Shown here: positions 38,981 to 52,722 of the stretch, in pieces
How positions within the stretch are numbered: position 1 is the first letter of the stretch
Layout of the letters: each line of letters starts with the position of its first letter
Origin: Antedon mediterranea
Taxonomy: Eukaryota > Animalia > Echinodermata
Reading direction: 5' to 3'
DNA length: 64,000 nucleotides
NCBI RefSeq assembly: GCF_964355755.1
Contig: NC_092673.1
Coordinates: 22,689,648-22,753,647, forward strand
Made by a program: the position numbers and the translations under genes
The notes under the pieces: generated by a model
The model's input: only the letters and a program-made list of their open reading frames with translations
What the model was told of the DNA's origin: nothing
Database searches by the model: none

Positions 38981-41330
38981 TGATAAACAAACACAGTTTG
39001 GTCTTTTACAACACTATTTCATTCAACTTTACAGCTAATACTCTTGTAAACAGAAAATAGGCCTAAATCTGTTTGCTAAAAAAGTGATTATCTGAGAAAA
39101 TGAGCACATTTGTACAGAATGGAACTATACAATTCTTAGATACATGATACATTCTATGCTCTCATCACATCTAGTTCCACATCTTTTCTGCTTAAGTGGT
39201 AAATTCTATTTTTACAGTACAGTATTTAAAGCTTGAAACATATAGCATATGGTACATGATACTTTGCAAAGTCACTGCATCACCTCTGTTAAGAAGATAA
39301 ATTTATATTAGAGTATTTTAAAAGACACTGAATATAGGGCTATGGAACATTTTCAAAGCCTGAAAATCAATTATGGCTCCACATAGCTTTTGATAAGCTA
39401 AAAGTTTAGAGTATTTATAATATTGAATACATGGTACATTTTCAAGGCCTAACAATCAAATCGGGTTCCACTTCTTTTCTGCTAAGAAAGCAAATTCTAT
39501 TTAACAGTATTTTAGGCTTGAACAAAACAAAATTGCCTAAGGTTTGTAGAATTATGATAAACCAATTGTACAGCGGCCAGTAATGAATTGCTTGTCAGTA
39601 TGATTAATAGCTAAGGCGAAATCATAACCGCAACCTGTACGAAATCCTTCCCAAAGGAATCGAGAAAATTAAGTCTTCGAAATAACGAGTGCGAGACCGC
39701 AGTGTTCACCAGTGCGTGACCAATTTTGTAACGAAGTGAGATAAGAGAAGAAAAAGATTGTGTTTAGATTGATCAAATATAACCTCCTAGGACAAGCAAA
39801 GAATATTATTGTCATCCCACTCAAATAATGTTGTTTTAATCAGTTTTTGGAGTGTTTAGGAAATCTCGGTGGAAGTTTAAAACAATCCTAATTAAAATAT
39901 ACTTGAATGATATGACAAGATAATAAAAAAGCAAAAGGATCAGTATGATATGAAATTAAAGAGAATTTGATGATCAAAAACATACCTTTATTCTACTTAA
40001 TTGAGATGTACTGAATATAATAAAATGAAAAGGAGTTTGTTTACATTTGTAAAAATATGGTTTGTTCTAGTACTAAGAATATTATATTAGTATTGAGAAA
40101 GAACAAAATGTGAAAACAAATTCAGTCCATTAGTAAACTATTACATTATTATAGTTATTTATTACAGAAAAATCTATTTTATTATTTTATTACAAGTTAT
40201 GATTACAATAAAAAAAATATTTCTGAAAAATCAATATTAATAGTCTATATAATTAGTGTATACAAATTGTGTTTAAACTATTATGTGATGTAATATTAAA
40301 CAAATTAAAATAAAAGTTTGTTTAAAAATTATTAATTTATTCATATAAATATCAAATAAAATCAAGTTAATTTAGTAATATTATATTTAGTGTGTTTGAA
40401 ACTTATGATTTAATATTAAAATAAACTAAAATTAACAAAAGTTTATTTTAAAAATTACTCTTATAATAATTTATTAATCATATTTTTTAAGTCTCAAATC
40501 AAAAATGGCATGCTCTGAAAAATCCCAACCAAATCAAATAGGATTAAACAAGATTCAGGTTGATTAATAAATTCATAACGCGACTAAAGAACAGCAATTT
40601 GCGAGAAGACAATATCATAAATTGGCTATTGAATGCTATTAAGCATTTATCAGCATACAATATTCAGTGTGTATTTTACGAGCACCATGGCATCCCAAAG
40701 TATTTTTCATTTCTTCACAGTTTCAACTTGTGAAAACGGCGAGCTAAATTGACTTGCATTGTTTTTAACGATAGCTTGTTCTGACACCATTTCTGTGATC
40801 TTCTTTTTATAGGACATGCTAATTGTCTTCATTAGGTGGTCGTTCTCGTCGGGGTTTAATTTGAATTCTTCTCGGCGATGACTTTATATGAGAATCTAGG
40901 TGTCTAGTTGATATGAGATGTGTCAAATATGATTCTGATACGTGTAAATTATTCAGAGGAATTAAATCCGGATCAGAATGACAAACATTGAAAATTAGCG
41001 CCAATAAAAAAATGTTTCTAAGCATTCACAGTGTATGTGTTAATACAGGGTGTTTTTTGGAAACTTAGGAATTTATAAACAAGATACAGACAAACAAATA
41101 GAACCTAGATTATTTAATAAAAATTCCAATGAGTTTGTTTTTGCTGTGTTGGTTTTCGCAGCAAAGAAGAGGTAATTTCTATGTTATATATTCTAACTAC
41201 GTCAGCCTAAACATACTGAAGGCTAGCAAAACCAGGAAAGTCAACACTAACATATCCTTATGTATCGGAGGCAGAGACCAGCATACCTAAAGAAGATCTC
41301 GCTGGAATAACGGCACACAGAAGTTAATTG

Positions 41331-41392
41331 TGGCACTGTGGCTTGGTAGTTGACATGCTTGCTCACCAATCCTAGGTTCAAATCCTGTCCCA
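41331..41392 (+). mobile_element. Degenerate tRNA-derived SINE head
   Basis: A-box-like tggcttggtag and B-box ggttcaaatcc at tRNA-like spacing, with no intact cloverleaf. Confidence 0.35.
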
Positions 41393-41407
41393 ACTTTCTC
41401 ATATGAA

Positions 41408-41700
41408 AACAACAATAACATGAAAATGACAATTAGTGATTATCAGAATAGGGATAACAACAATAACATGAAAATGACAATAGTGATTATCAGAATAGGG
41501 ATAACAACAATAACATAAAAATGACAATAGTGATTATCAGAATAGGGAAAACAACAATAACATGAAAATGACAATAGTGATTATCAGAATAGGGATAACA
41601 ACAATAACATGAAAATGACAATAGTGATTATCAGAATAGGGATAACAACAATAACATGAAAATGACAATAGTGATTATCAGAATAGGGATAACAACAACA
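41408..41700. repeat. 47-bp minisatellite, ~6 copies
   Basis: Unit aacaacaataacatgaaaatgacaatagtgattatcagaatagggat. Confidence 0.95.
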
Positions 41701-43520
41701 TTTAATTAGGAAGTGATTAGTAAAACTGTAATGATTATCAGCATTATTATGACAATGATGATGATATTTATATAAATGATAATCATTTTTGTTGTTGCAG
41801 ATTGTAACGGCGTTTATATTTTTTGTAATTATGTACTCAAAAAAGCTTTGATAATTTGTGCACATTTTATGAACTCTGCAACATCCTTTTGTATCCTCAA
41901 TTAATAGGGATAACAATGCATCACAATGCATATACCATATCTGGATATAATATAATCACAATGCCTGATGTTGATTTCTAAAAACCCTTTCCAATTATAA
42001 ACAGGGATACTATGGATTTAATCATAATACCTAATCTTATATAGACAATGAGAATAATCACCAACAAAATAAATTAATTAAAAACCTAATTTCTAATGAC
42101 TTAATGCTGATTTTTCTTTACATTCTAAACCTCTTTTTGGAAAATCATACAAAATAATATTGCAAAATGTGTGCATAAATCATAAATGAAAAATAATAAC
42201 TAAATGAATAAATAAGGTAAATATCTATTGTTTAAATAATATAATTTGTTTAGGAATTCAATGAAGACCTGGTTACTTTTGGACCTACAGTATATCTATA
42301 TATACATTATACCTAATTCCAAGATAGGCAAACACAAGTTTGGGAAAAAAACTCATTGATGAAATAATGATAATAAAATGGTTTACAAATTAAATTTTGA
42401 ATTTTACAAATATTCTTGACATCATTATTAACATTATTGAGTATTACAGAGTATATTCACTGTTTGAACTGTCATTTGTACAAAGTCTTGATTAAGATGT
42501 CAAAATAAAAATATTTAATGATATTTCTGTAAGTGATCTAAAATCTCTTTTATCTAACACCTCTAGTGAGGAACCCTTCGAGGTAATTTTGCAAACGGTT
42601 TCAGATATTTTTTATAAAAACTTGCTTAGTTTACGATTTCATTATCACTTAAATATGTGTCACATGCATAAGATGGTATTTCCGCGCCGTTGACTACACG
42701 ACTCCCTGTTCAACCACGCACGTTAAATGAAGTGAGATTACGATTTGATGAGAAGAAGAGCTTTCCAATCTGGCTGACGATGTATATTCAACATTGAGAA
42801 TCGTGGATCAACGGTGCGAAGCGGAACGCCGGGATGTGATTGATAGTGAACGGAATATGCAAGGCTTGATGATGCGTGATTTTATGTGGTTACTTTGGTT
42901 CATCAGTAATGGATTTGATAACAAGTTAATTGACAGTATCACTTCTCTTATATTCTTCAGAATCATTGGCGGTCTCATCAGAGAAACAGACAAATGGTAT
43001 TTACATTAAAAGCCAAACTGAACTCAAGCTAGCTTAATATTCCCCCCAACATTTTATAAATCGAGGTCAACTAAAATAAGAGTTTTACGAATCACATCGT
43101 TATTTTACTGTAATGAATAGCATAGTGTTTTATTACCAAATAAGTGTTATAAATGGTTGACCATCGAATACTTCAGCTCCTAGGGGGCGCTTTTTAAATT
43201 GCATTCTTGATATGAGATACAGTACCTAAAATAGGCTAACACTTATTTTGTATATTAATAATTAAATGTACTTTTAAAAAAAAAAAAATCTAACAGGTAT
43301 ACTTGCAAATACAGAACAGGTGCATATTTAATTTGATCATATTTTTTCCGATCGTTCATGCTTGAGTTACTATTAAGACTGGGCTTGTCATACTATATGT
43401 ATTTACATAGGATTATAACTGGAAATCGGTAGAGATTACTTAAGATTTTATAACAGAATAAGGAGCATTTTGATGAATAAGACCTGCAACTGAAGGAATG
43501 ATCAGGAAGAGATTAAAATC

Positions 43521-43671
43521 AACTTGGACTTGCACTCGGATGCAAACAAAATGACATAGGCAAACACAAGTGCTTTGATCAATCACAAGAGATGGACCAT
43601 CCAAACTGTCGCTTGTGATTGGTCAAATCACCTGCATTGTGCCAATGTCAAGTTCAAGGTGGAACCAAGCT
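43521..43671. mobile_element. Degenerate copy of the Harbinger-like MITE
   Basis: Contains tcgcttgtgattggtcaa and the ggaaccaagct|ta terminus. Confidence 0.6.
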
Positions 43672-46600
43672 TACCCTATAACTGAAAAATAATAATTATT
43701 ATTCTAAAAATCATTTTACTACTTGATAAGACTGTGAGCATACAACTGAAAATCATTATTTGTTCTTTTCCCGACTTACGTCTGCTAATAACAGATTAAT
43801 CCAGTTAACTGTAATTTTACTAAGTGGCCAATGAAGCTGATAGGTAAATGAATTAAATCAAATACTTGTCTAGATATAAGTGTTATTAAGGTATCAACGA
43901 TAAAGATAACATAATCAACGACAAGACTGCACACTAATTACATTAAGGCTGGTTGCAGTATAAGATACAAATTCAATATGCTTAATAATATATGTAGATA
44001 TTGATATTCAAGTGGGAGGGAACTTGCACATAACATAGATTAATATTAGGCTAAGCTCATTACTTCATTGGCTGTTTTAAATACTGCAGACCCCCTCTAC
44101 CCCAATCCCCTCTCCCATTATTCAAAATCAGAAATCTGTAACAACAATAAAAAAAATGATTAAGAGTTAACACTTTTTAAATTTCCTAATATTGTAACTG
44201 TTAAATTTATATATTTTATTGCATTATAATGGTTATTCACTGGATTAGTTTTGAGGGTATACTAAATTCATAATAAGAGTTTGATCAATTTCACTGTTAC
44301 TGTTATGCAATCCGAATATAATCCCACCCTGGGACAATACTCAGTCATGGAATTATGAAGAAAAAAATGAGTGGGAGCAGGAATGCTAAGAGACCAAACC
44401 CAGTACCGTTTTTTATTGCGATCATGCGGGAAATTACTTCATGACGTTATATAATACTTTCTGCCTTTATAGAAGGTGCTTATACATCAGTAATGGTAAT
44501 ATTTCAAATTATTCATTTTATTGCAATACATTTAGATGATTTTGGTCTTTGACAAGTGGAAGAATCCTCACTACACAATCAAAATTTAATTTCATTCTGA
44601 ACAGATTTGAACCAAAAATCACGTAACTAGATGGAATAACCACAAAACGACATCAAAGCTCATCATTTTTAATACATAAGCAATATGTTATGCAAATCTA
44701 TTTTTTTCAAAGTTTGTTATGTAAATACAATCAAATCTGAAATTAAGTTTAGACCTGGATAGCAACTTAACATGCAATATTTAAAAAAACTAATGAAAGA
44801 AAATGGCAACCACTTTCAAAACAAAGGAAGACAATTGTGTTGCGTTCCACATGGATCGCTATACGGCTTAATTAAAAGCCAGTTAATAGCAAAACTATGG
44901 TAATTACAAAATCACTGAGTATAAACACGATTGAGAATCACTTGACTATTAGCATTATAAAGTCATTTGAGTGTGATTAATTTTAATAACTAAAGAATTA
45001 TGAAGAAACAATCCCTGGAGTTCTACATCGATGACGCAGAGTGGGACAGAGTGCTTCCAAAGACATATTATTATACTAAATCAAACTGGATATTAATATT
45101 ATTATGTTATAATTCAATGTACCGGTATCCATTTAATTAAGTATGTTGAATCAATAATATACATAAGAACAAAAATGACTACAAATTAAGGAAACTATTA
45201 AGAAAAATAATTAACTAGGCTAAGTGGAAGAGGTCGTCTTCAAATTGAAAAAAGTATTCAACTATTTTCTATCTAATTTTATTCATCATCTATTCCTTAT
45301 TTATTATTAGTTTAAATATTTCATTCCATTATTTTTTACATCTATTCCATTCCATTTATATTTTATATATCTTTCAATATTTTATTTCTCAATTCCATTA
45401 TTTTACCTCTATTCCACTATTTGATTCAATGATTGTATCTCTATTCCATTTTAGCCCCTTTATTATTTCCACCTCTATTCCACTATTCCTTCCGTTAATC
45501 ATTTTGTTCAATATTTCACTGTACCTATTATGATTCTAATACTGTTTAGTCATGATAACATTCAAAAACAATAATACATGTTTATTTATTTTATTACCAA
45601 AATTGTTTGTTTGCTTTAAATCATAATACTAATATTGATTTATGATGACTTTTCTAGACTTCTAAAATGGAAATAATTTGAAAGCATGTTTAATGGATAA
45701 AATTCGTTTTCAATAACAACATTTTAAAACAATTAAAAATGTTTTCACCGATTATGCTGCAGTACTATAATAAAGTTATAATATGCTATTTGGTCTAGAC
45801 ATGTCAATTATTTAGATGGCATCATTAGTTTAGTAATATCATTATCTTTAGTAGCTTAAAATTATTTTTGTTTTTTTCAGCAAAATTTAGTTAACTCTAA
45901 AATTATTTAAATATGGTTTGTTAGTTAAATCATTATGATATATCATTTTGTTTCAATTTTTAAGTGGTTTGGTCTTGACTCTAAAATGCCATTACAATTG
46001 TTCATATTTCAATAGAAGGCAGTGTGTTAACTAGTAATATATGTTTCCACTAAAACAGCCTAATCTTCATTTAATTAACCCTAGCTGATTATATCTTTGT
46101 AAGGTGGTAGTTAGCAGTAAGTCCCTTGTTGGCCTACTCTATGAGTTTGTTTTTTACGACACTATATTTGATTGAATGAAGAATTAAAATTAAACTAAAG
46201 GCTGAGGATTACCACTCTCTAATTAGTCCTACCCTATTATCCTTTTTTTTGTAAAGTGATGTGAAGAGTAGATGAATAAAAGTGATGTGAAGAGTAGATG
46301 AATAAAGAGAGAAGTATCACAATAAACTGAACAAGGTATCAACTCTTATTATCATGTTGGCTGCACAAGATTACTAATTATTACCGCTTTTCATTCAAAA
46401 TGAGAAGGTAGGCAATTAATGAGGTGATCTCATTGGCTAGTTCAGTATAATATAACCCCCATTTTAATACTCCCAAATTTAACCGCCTTTTTTCATTGAT
46501 TGGAGAGATTCCTTTCTCTAACTTAGCTTTTAATCACCATCTTCTAAGTCGACTCTAACTATGTTTTTTCCCAGGATTTGTAGGTTGTTTTGGTTGGTGA

Positions 46601-47305
46601 GGCAGAAATCAATAGTAAGTGTATATCTAAGAAGATTAAAAAGACACTTAAAGCGATTGTTTTAGAATCCATGGCAAAAGGAGTATGGAAGCATAAACAG
46701 TGTACTACCTACCTATTGTATGTCTATGCTTAGAGGGCAAAAGAAGCTTAACTTTTAGGATAAGTCTTGTAAACAACTTTATATTCTAAAATTGTGATCA
46801 TTAAAATAATAATAAATACATACTATTTAATAAAGTATCATGAAATTTAAATTAATAAAAAAAAACCGAGAAACTCAATTCTGATCATTAATAGTAACAC
46901 TTGTTATTTTCTCTAAACGGAAGAGTAAATTTTACTCTTCCCTGGTCTCGGTAAGTTTATTGAGAGCCAAGTAAAACTATTAACAGAGTTGGAATAAATC
47001 AACTACGGGATGGCATAAATCATCCAAACTTTCGTGGGAAATAACCATTTGTGAGGAGGCATCATTTAAAATCAAAATCCTGCAAATTTTGGACCTTAAA
47101 CTTCTTGTTTAACCGACAACTGTTGGAATTTCAGCTTAGTTAAACAAAGCTATTCTTTCTGAGTAAAATGTAATTGTTAACACTAATTGTACAACTGGTT
47201 GCAGGTTGACTTTAAAGAGGAAGATACATTCAAAAAATGTTTTTTTTTTCCCTTCCACATTTACTAGTGTGACTGGAATAAGTCTAGTATGAATAAGGCT
47301 TTTAA

Positions 47306-47902
47306 AGGTCAGGTACAGGCATGAATTTTAAATATAATATTTGGTTAATTGTACATTAATGAAATATTTTTAACAGAAATCGAGATGAAAAAACATGAAT
47401 TTCCCTTAATATGGTCAAATACAAAATTTGGCAAAATTCTTCCATAAAAACCAGGAAGACTTTTTTTCAGTAGTTAGGTAGTTAACTTAATGTAATAACA
47501 TGTCTGGTGATTCCCTAGACGGTGAAAAAAGATGGTGGATATACGGTGGATAATTTTTGCTATAGCATGAAAATAAAAATCTGAAGTTGAATAAAAATAT
47601 CAGAAATGTAATATTCAAGTTATATTACCTATATTTGGTCATCTGATAACATTTTGTATCAAACCATTTATTTTTCATAGCTTTTTAAAATGCCTCTCTA
47701 TTTACAAAATTTGTGTACAAAAGAATAGAGATTTTACTGTGTAATTTGAACTATCCCCCACTGATATGAAAGTGCTTTAATATTTTCAACAAGCTCGTGT
47801 AACACCAATAAAATCCCAAAAATTATGAAACATAGGGGAAAATATAGATCGAAAATTATTGGAATGTATGATCAATAGAAATTTTTTGCCCGCACCTGGC
47901 CT
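47306..47902. mobile_element. ~600-bp non-autonomous element with TTAA TSD (Kolobok-like, second family)
   Basis: TTAA|aggtcaggtacaggca ... tgcccgcacctggcct|TTAA; the TIRs match at 13 of 16 positions. Confidence 0.7.
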
Positions 47903-48890
47903 TTAACTCAATACAAACTTGGAATATCTTGGTACATAATTTTCTTGTTTCTCTAGTATGTTATTATTATTTTAACGATCACAATTCTAGAATATAAAGT
48001 TGTTTACAAGACTTATATGTATTCTAGAAGTTAGTTCTTTTGGCCTCTAAGCATAGGCTTACAATAGGTAGGTAATCACAGGGATACAATATTTTAAAAG
48101 CAACATATATAAAAAAAATACTATAAACATTACTTTATACTGGTTCCAATAATTAGTTAAAATATGCCAAAAAACTGGCTAAAAAATATATATAATAAAA
48201 AATAATAATAGGAACAAATTCGGGACCCAACCAAGTTTCATTCAATATGGATGCCCCTGAAGTGGGTCATAATGTTACAATAATATTTCTTCTCATTCAT
48301 TTTATTAGGGCTCATCCCCTGAATGAAGTGTCCCAAGGAGTGCTACTGTAAAACAAGTTTCACTTGGACCAGCTAATTAAAATCAATCAGTACGAAAGCA
48401 TTTTAAGATTTAAAGATCTTTTTAATTAAAAAATCTTACACAGACTAAGGTGCCTCTATGAGACCGCAATGATTAGCAAGTATATTCAGTATTCTTTTGA
48501 CTGTGAGTCTAATTAGACAAAGCTGATAAAGAGGACAGTTTAATCCCTAATTAAAGGGAGAGGTACATGTTAATCTTTGTTGTTTAAAGTAGAACATAGC
48601 CAATTTTTACATATAAAGAAGCTGTTCTAAAGTCATGTAATGTCTGGCCCCAAAATATTAATAAAAATAGAACATCTTGAGGAATTAGGGATAAAGTGCA
48701 TTGAAAATAAAAGGCTTTTTAATATTTGCAAGTTTTGTTTTTTAAATAATTTTATTAATTTCATCCAAAAAGAAAGTTTGAAGAATAGGATATATATTGT
48801 TTGTGTAGGGCAAGTGCATTGAAAATATAGGACATCTAATTATTTGTCCATATAATAATTAATTGTATACACATCTAACAATAAGCTTAA

Positions 48891-49178
48891 AGATATATTG
48901 TCACCCAGAAAAAAACATTTGTTTTATTAATGTTTTTGTTGAATATGCCATTTTAATGTCACATAATAGTTATGCACAATTGGATCCAAAAAAAATTATT
49001 TACCTGAAAAAACTGTAATTTAAAGGAACAAATAGTTAAATTGACTGGCAGTAAATGTTTTTTGTTGTTAAATTTCACGGTTTATTTTGTCTTTTTCTAT
49101 GGAAATGATTAACTTTATTAAAACTACAAAAGCGCCTATTTAACTATTTTTTTTTATATTAATCTTCATTGTTCATGT
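48891..49178. mobile_element. Kolobok-like MITE copy 5 (truncated)
   Basis: TTAA|agatatattgtcacc, colinear with copy 1. Confidence 0.68.
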
Positions 49179-49851
49179 TAAGTCATCTACATCTACAAGT
49201 CTGACGCTATAAAAAAAGGTGCATTGAAAATAATATTTATTTTTTACATTTCATACACATCCAAATCATCAATTACAGGATGGATAAACTATATTGTGCT
49301 TATAAACTAATTTTCATTTAAGATTAGAAAACTAAAAAACATTCACTCAAAAACTATGTAAATAGAAGGCCTAAAGGTGATGTTAGGTTGACACAAAACT
49401 AAAGCCAATTGGTTAGACAACATAGAGCAACTGAATGCAACTGATCCCAACTGACCAGTATCCGCTCAAAATATACCTTCGCCATAGCAATTAAATCGCT
49501 TCTTCACGCTTCAGTAACCACAAATGCTAATGAATATCTCTTTTAAAAACTCCATACGGCCTGTCAGTTTTAGCTGAATAAAAATAAACCGAATAGTAAA
49601 AAGACAACATTAATCAAAAATTGTTCTTGATTGGTTCTTTCTACTAATTAAAATCATTAATCAGTTTCTTCACATATCAATTACATTGCCATTGGTATGA
49701 ATCTTTTATTTATGAGTACTTAACAAAGTTTTAAGCATCATAATCTACAGAGAATTGGCCTATGTAAATTGAGAACGCAAGGAATATTTGAAAAATTTAA
49801 GATATATCATAATTAGTGATGATGTATCAAAGGTCGCATCAGCTTTCTTCT

Positions 49852-50638
49852 AAAACAAGGCCAACAGCCATTAAGTCGCGTGCTACAATGCATAGTGATA
49901 CCGGACCGACAGACAGACCGACAGACCGACAGACCGACAGAGAGACCGACCGACCGACATAGTGAACTATACTGACCGAAATTACTGAACATGTTTAAAA
50001 ATGTTGAAATGTTTAAAAACATTTATTTTTTTAAATTTACACGTGCGTAGCCTTTCACTTTCGACGTGCTCATATAACGTAATTTCGAGTTGAAAAGTAA
50101 GTCAAGAAAACAGAAATCGGGCAAAAAGAGTGCGCAATAACATTTAACGCGCAGTGCGCGCGCAAAAATATGCGCACTCATGGCAATTTTGTAAACGCTT
50201 AAAATTGCCTGAAATGTACTCTTATTTCATCGAAAATAAATTTTGAAAATGTTAAGCGCGCGTACGCATGCGTTACATGCGCTACGCACGTAATTGTATT
50301 GCCATATGATGATTTATGCCCTGAAATTTATGAGTACCAAATTTTATTTAATTGTGATTCATGGTTGTGAAGATATGATTACAAACGTGATTTCGTTAAA
50401 TCGTGCGTAGACCGCGTACTTTTTTATTGCGCACCGTGAAAACATAACCACATTGATTCCTGGCCATAAGGAATATACTGTGAAAAATTGACCTAGCTAG
50501 ATTAAACTGCATGATATCAAGATAAGGTCAGAAAGCGATAAAACGCATAGTGATACCGGACCGACAGACAGACAGACCGACAGACAGACAGACCGACCGA
50601 CCGACATAGTGAACTATAGAGTCGCTTCCACGCGACTA
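49852..50638 (-). mobile_element. Helentron-associated / DINE-1-like non-autonomous rolling-circle element
   Basis: On the - strand: T-run, then tagtcgcgtggaagcgact (subterminal IR and small stem-loop), (GTCG/GTCT)n microsatellite blocks twice, the 3' inverted copy cacgcgact, a ggc..gcc hairpin and ttgttt. No TSD; inserted in a T-run. Confidence 0.75.
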
Positions 50639-51228
50639 AAAAAACAGTCAAAAAGGAAAGATCTCAAGACAACACAAAATATTTTAACAACTGAAATTAG
50701 AATTATAACCAAAAATATGAATTTTACAAAATCCATTTGTATCAACTTAAATGTCATGATATATGTGTATGTTCTTATATTTTGTTATAATTTAACATAG
50801 TCAAATGCTTTTACTTGGCCAATTAAACTATTAAAAAAAAAAATTGTAGATCTCATCAAATAGCATTATTAATTTGTCCATATTTAGTTCTACACAAAGC
50901 AAAAAGTAGAGAAAAATAACAAGTATTATTGATTGTACTGTATTCATCCTGAAAGTTGTGTGAATCAACTTACATTGTATTTTAATCTAAACTAATTTGT
51001 TTTTAACATTTGTACCTTCTTCTTTTTGTGGAAATATCTAATAAACACATAAGGGGCAAACAGTTTAAAATACCAACCCACAATTTTATCACTTAAATAA
51101 CAACCTACTAATTGGTTATATTTTCACTCTAAGTCTAATCCTATATTGCCGTTTGAAAAGTTGTTTTCGATAGATAAAACGTGTTTAGTAAAACTTAGTG
51201 TGCAAATTATTTCACATTATTGTATTCT

Positions 51229-52722
51229 TTAAACCATTCCTGGTGAGCTCATTCTGTGGTATTTGTGTACCTGGAACGGCTTAACCAACAGGGGGAGAAA
51301 AACATAAACTTTGTGGATACAACTACCACAGCATGGAAACAATAAAAGAATGGGAACATGTAGGGAGTTTAGTTTGGTGTGATATATAACATTCAACACA
51401 TAAATAAATACCCTAATTATGGAAAGCTGAAGATGTTGTTGAAGAGAATTAAAGTTTTTATGAAACTGTTTAGCACCCTTCCAAATTAGTTTACTTTTTT
51501 AAACCATTCCTGGTGAGTTCATTCTGTGGTATTTGTGTACCTGGAACGGCTTAACCAACATGGGGAGAAAAACATAAACTTTGTGGATACAACTACCACA
51601 GCATGAGAAAAGAATAAGAATGCAGAACATGTAGGGAGTTTAGTTTGGTGTGATATATAACATTCAAATCATAAATAAATACCCTGTATAATAAGCTGAA
51701 GATGTTGTTGAAGAGAATTAAAGTTTTTATGAAACTGTTTAGCACCCTTCCAAATTAGTTTACTTTTTTAAACCATTCCTGGTGAGTTCATTCTGTGGTA
51801 TTTGTGTACCTGGAACGGCTTAACCAACATGGGGAGAAAAACATAAACTTTGTGGATACAACTACCACAGCATGGGAACAATAAAAGAATGGGAACATGT
51901 AGGGAGTTTAGTTTGGTGTGATATATAACATTCAACACATAAATAAATACCCTAATTATGGAAAGCTGAAGATGTTGTTGAAGAGAATTAAAGTTTTTAT
52001 GAAACTGTTTAGCACCCTTCCAAATTAGTTTACTTTTTTAAACCATTCCTGGTGAGTTCATTCTGTGGTATTTGTGTACCTGGAACGGCTTAACCAACAT
52101 GGGGAGAAAAACATAAACTTTGTGGATACAACTACCACAGCATGTGAACAATACAAGAATGGGAACATGTAGGGAGTTTAGTTTGGTGTGATATATAACA
52201 TTCAACACATAAATAAATATCCTAATTATGGAAAGCTGAAGATGTTGTTGAAGAGAATTAAAGTTTTTATGAAACTGTTTAGCACCCTTCCAAATTAGTT
52301 TACTTTTTTAAACCATTCCTGGTGAGTTCATTCTGTGGTAATTGTGTACCTGGAACGGCTTAACCAATAGGGGGAGAAAAACATAAACTTTGTGGATACA
52401 ACTACCACAGCATGTGAACAATACAAGAATGGGAACATGTAGGGAGTTTAGTTTGGTGTGATATATAACATTCAACACATAAATAAATACCCTAATTATG
52501 GTAAGCTGAAGATGTTGTTGAAAAGAATTAAAGTTTTTATTAAACTGTTTAGCATTCTTCCAAATTACTTTACTTCTTTAAACCATTCCTGGTGAGTTCA
52601 TTCTGTGGTATTTGTGTACCTGGAATGGCTTAACCAACAACATAAACTTTGTGGATACAACTATCACAGCATGAGAAAAGAATAAGAATGCAGAACATGT
52701 AGGGAGTTTAGTTTGGTGTGAA
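51229..52722. repeat. ~270-bp satellite, ~5.6 copies
   Basis: aaaccattcctggtgag recurs at 51231, 51501, 51770, 52040, 52310 and 52580. Confidence 0.97.

Noticed and set aside
40819-41025. 68-aa - strand ORF with a signal-peptide-like N-terminus (MLRNIFLLALIFNVCHS)
   Set aside because: It is short, with no recognisable family or convincing peptide-precursor structure. Hydrophobic starts are common by chance in AT-rich DNA, so transcript evidence would be needed.
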